Assembly (NCBI GenBank): GCA_963819585.1
Contig: CAWFWP010000015.1
Coordinates: 20,886 to 84,885, forward strand
Length of the DNA: 64,000 bases
Direction of reading: 5' to 3'
DNA from: an uncultured Alphaproteobacteria bacterium
GTDB taxonomy: Bacteria; Pseudomonadota; Alphaproteobacteria; Rhodobacterales; Rhodobacteraceae
This document shows positions 63,740 to 64,000 of the stretch, piece after piece. The translations under genes were made by a program, and so were the position numbers. The notes under the pieces were generated by a model. It was given only the letters and a program-made list of their open reading frames with translations. It was not told the DNA's origin and made no database searches. Each line of letters starts with the position of its first letter. Position 1 is the stretch's first letter.

Positions 63740-64000
63740 ATGACCGTGCCGAAACCTGTCGTGCTCTGCATCCTCGACGGCTGGGGCCTGCGGCCCGAGC
63801 GCGAGGGCAACGCGGTCGCGCTGGCGTCGCTGCCTGCCTATAACGGCCTGATGGCGACCTGCCCGAATGCGACGCTGGTCACGCATGGCCGCGATGTGGG
63901 GCTGCCGACGCGGGCAGATGGGCAATTCCGAGGTCGGGCACACGAATATCGGCGCGGGGCGCGTGGTGGCGATGGACCTCGGCGCAGATCGACCTGGCCA
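63740..64000 (+). CDS. gpmI: 2,3-bisphosphoglycerate-independent phosphoglycerate mutase, 5' part (3'-partial); frameshift near 63915
   Basis: [29 protein letters not shown]…[19 protein letters not shown] then shifts frame to …[36 protein letters not shown]. Confidence 0.8.
   Translation, partial: MTVPKPVVLCILDGWGLRPEREGNAVALASLPAYNGLMATCPNATLVTHGRDVGLPTRADGQFRGRAHEYRRGARGGDGPRRRSTWP

Overview
This window looks like a high-GC (about 65%) chromosomal segment from an alphaproteobacterium, probably Rhodobacteraceae. It carries housekeeping genes: rpsO, pnp, clpB, mutL, asd, leuB, pyrF, dinB, rpmJ, tRNA-Val and a gpmI 5' end. It also carries an LPS/LOS-type cluster of two GT25 genes, a GT4 gene and two methyltransferases. 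A betaine-type C1 module pairs an MttB-family methyltransferase with a heavily frameshifted StcD/DgcA-like demethylase. The sigmaE-ChrR singlet-oxygen locus is present with recognisable divergent TGATCC-N16-CGTA promoters. A second ECF sigma/anti-sigma pair, a Lys1-Lys9 saccharopine pair and a slipin/NfeD pair are also present. The accessory content is most interesting. A 1.7-kb low-GC islet at about 32.7-34.4 kb encodes a membrane protein, a small ORF and a secreted DUF2233-like protein, and lies next to a dense hairpin cluster. A recurring architecture places small cargo next to the stop codon of a conserved gene, with a diverged extra copy of that gene's 3' end on the far side of the cargo (clpB, asd, a brnA-like gene). 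An MmeI-like type IIL restriction-modification pseudogene sits at a low-GC boundary. Many conserved genes carry single-base frameshifts, often in C/G homopolymer runs. The simplest explanation is indel error in the assembly, with genuine decay plausible for the two most damaged genes, so all frameshift calls need read-level checking. No CRISPR array, transposase or integrase was recognised.
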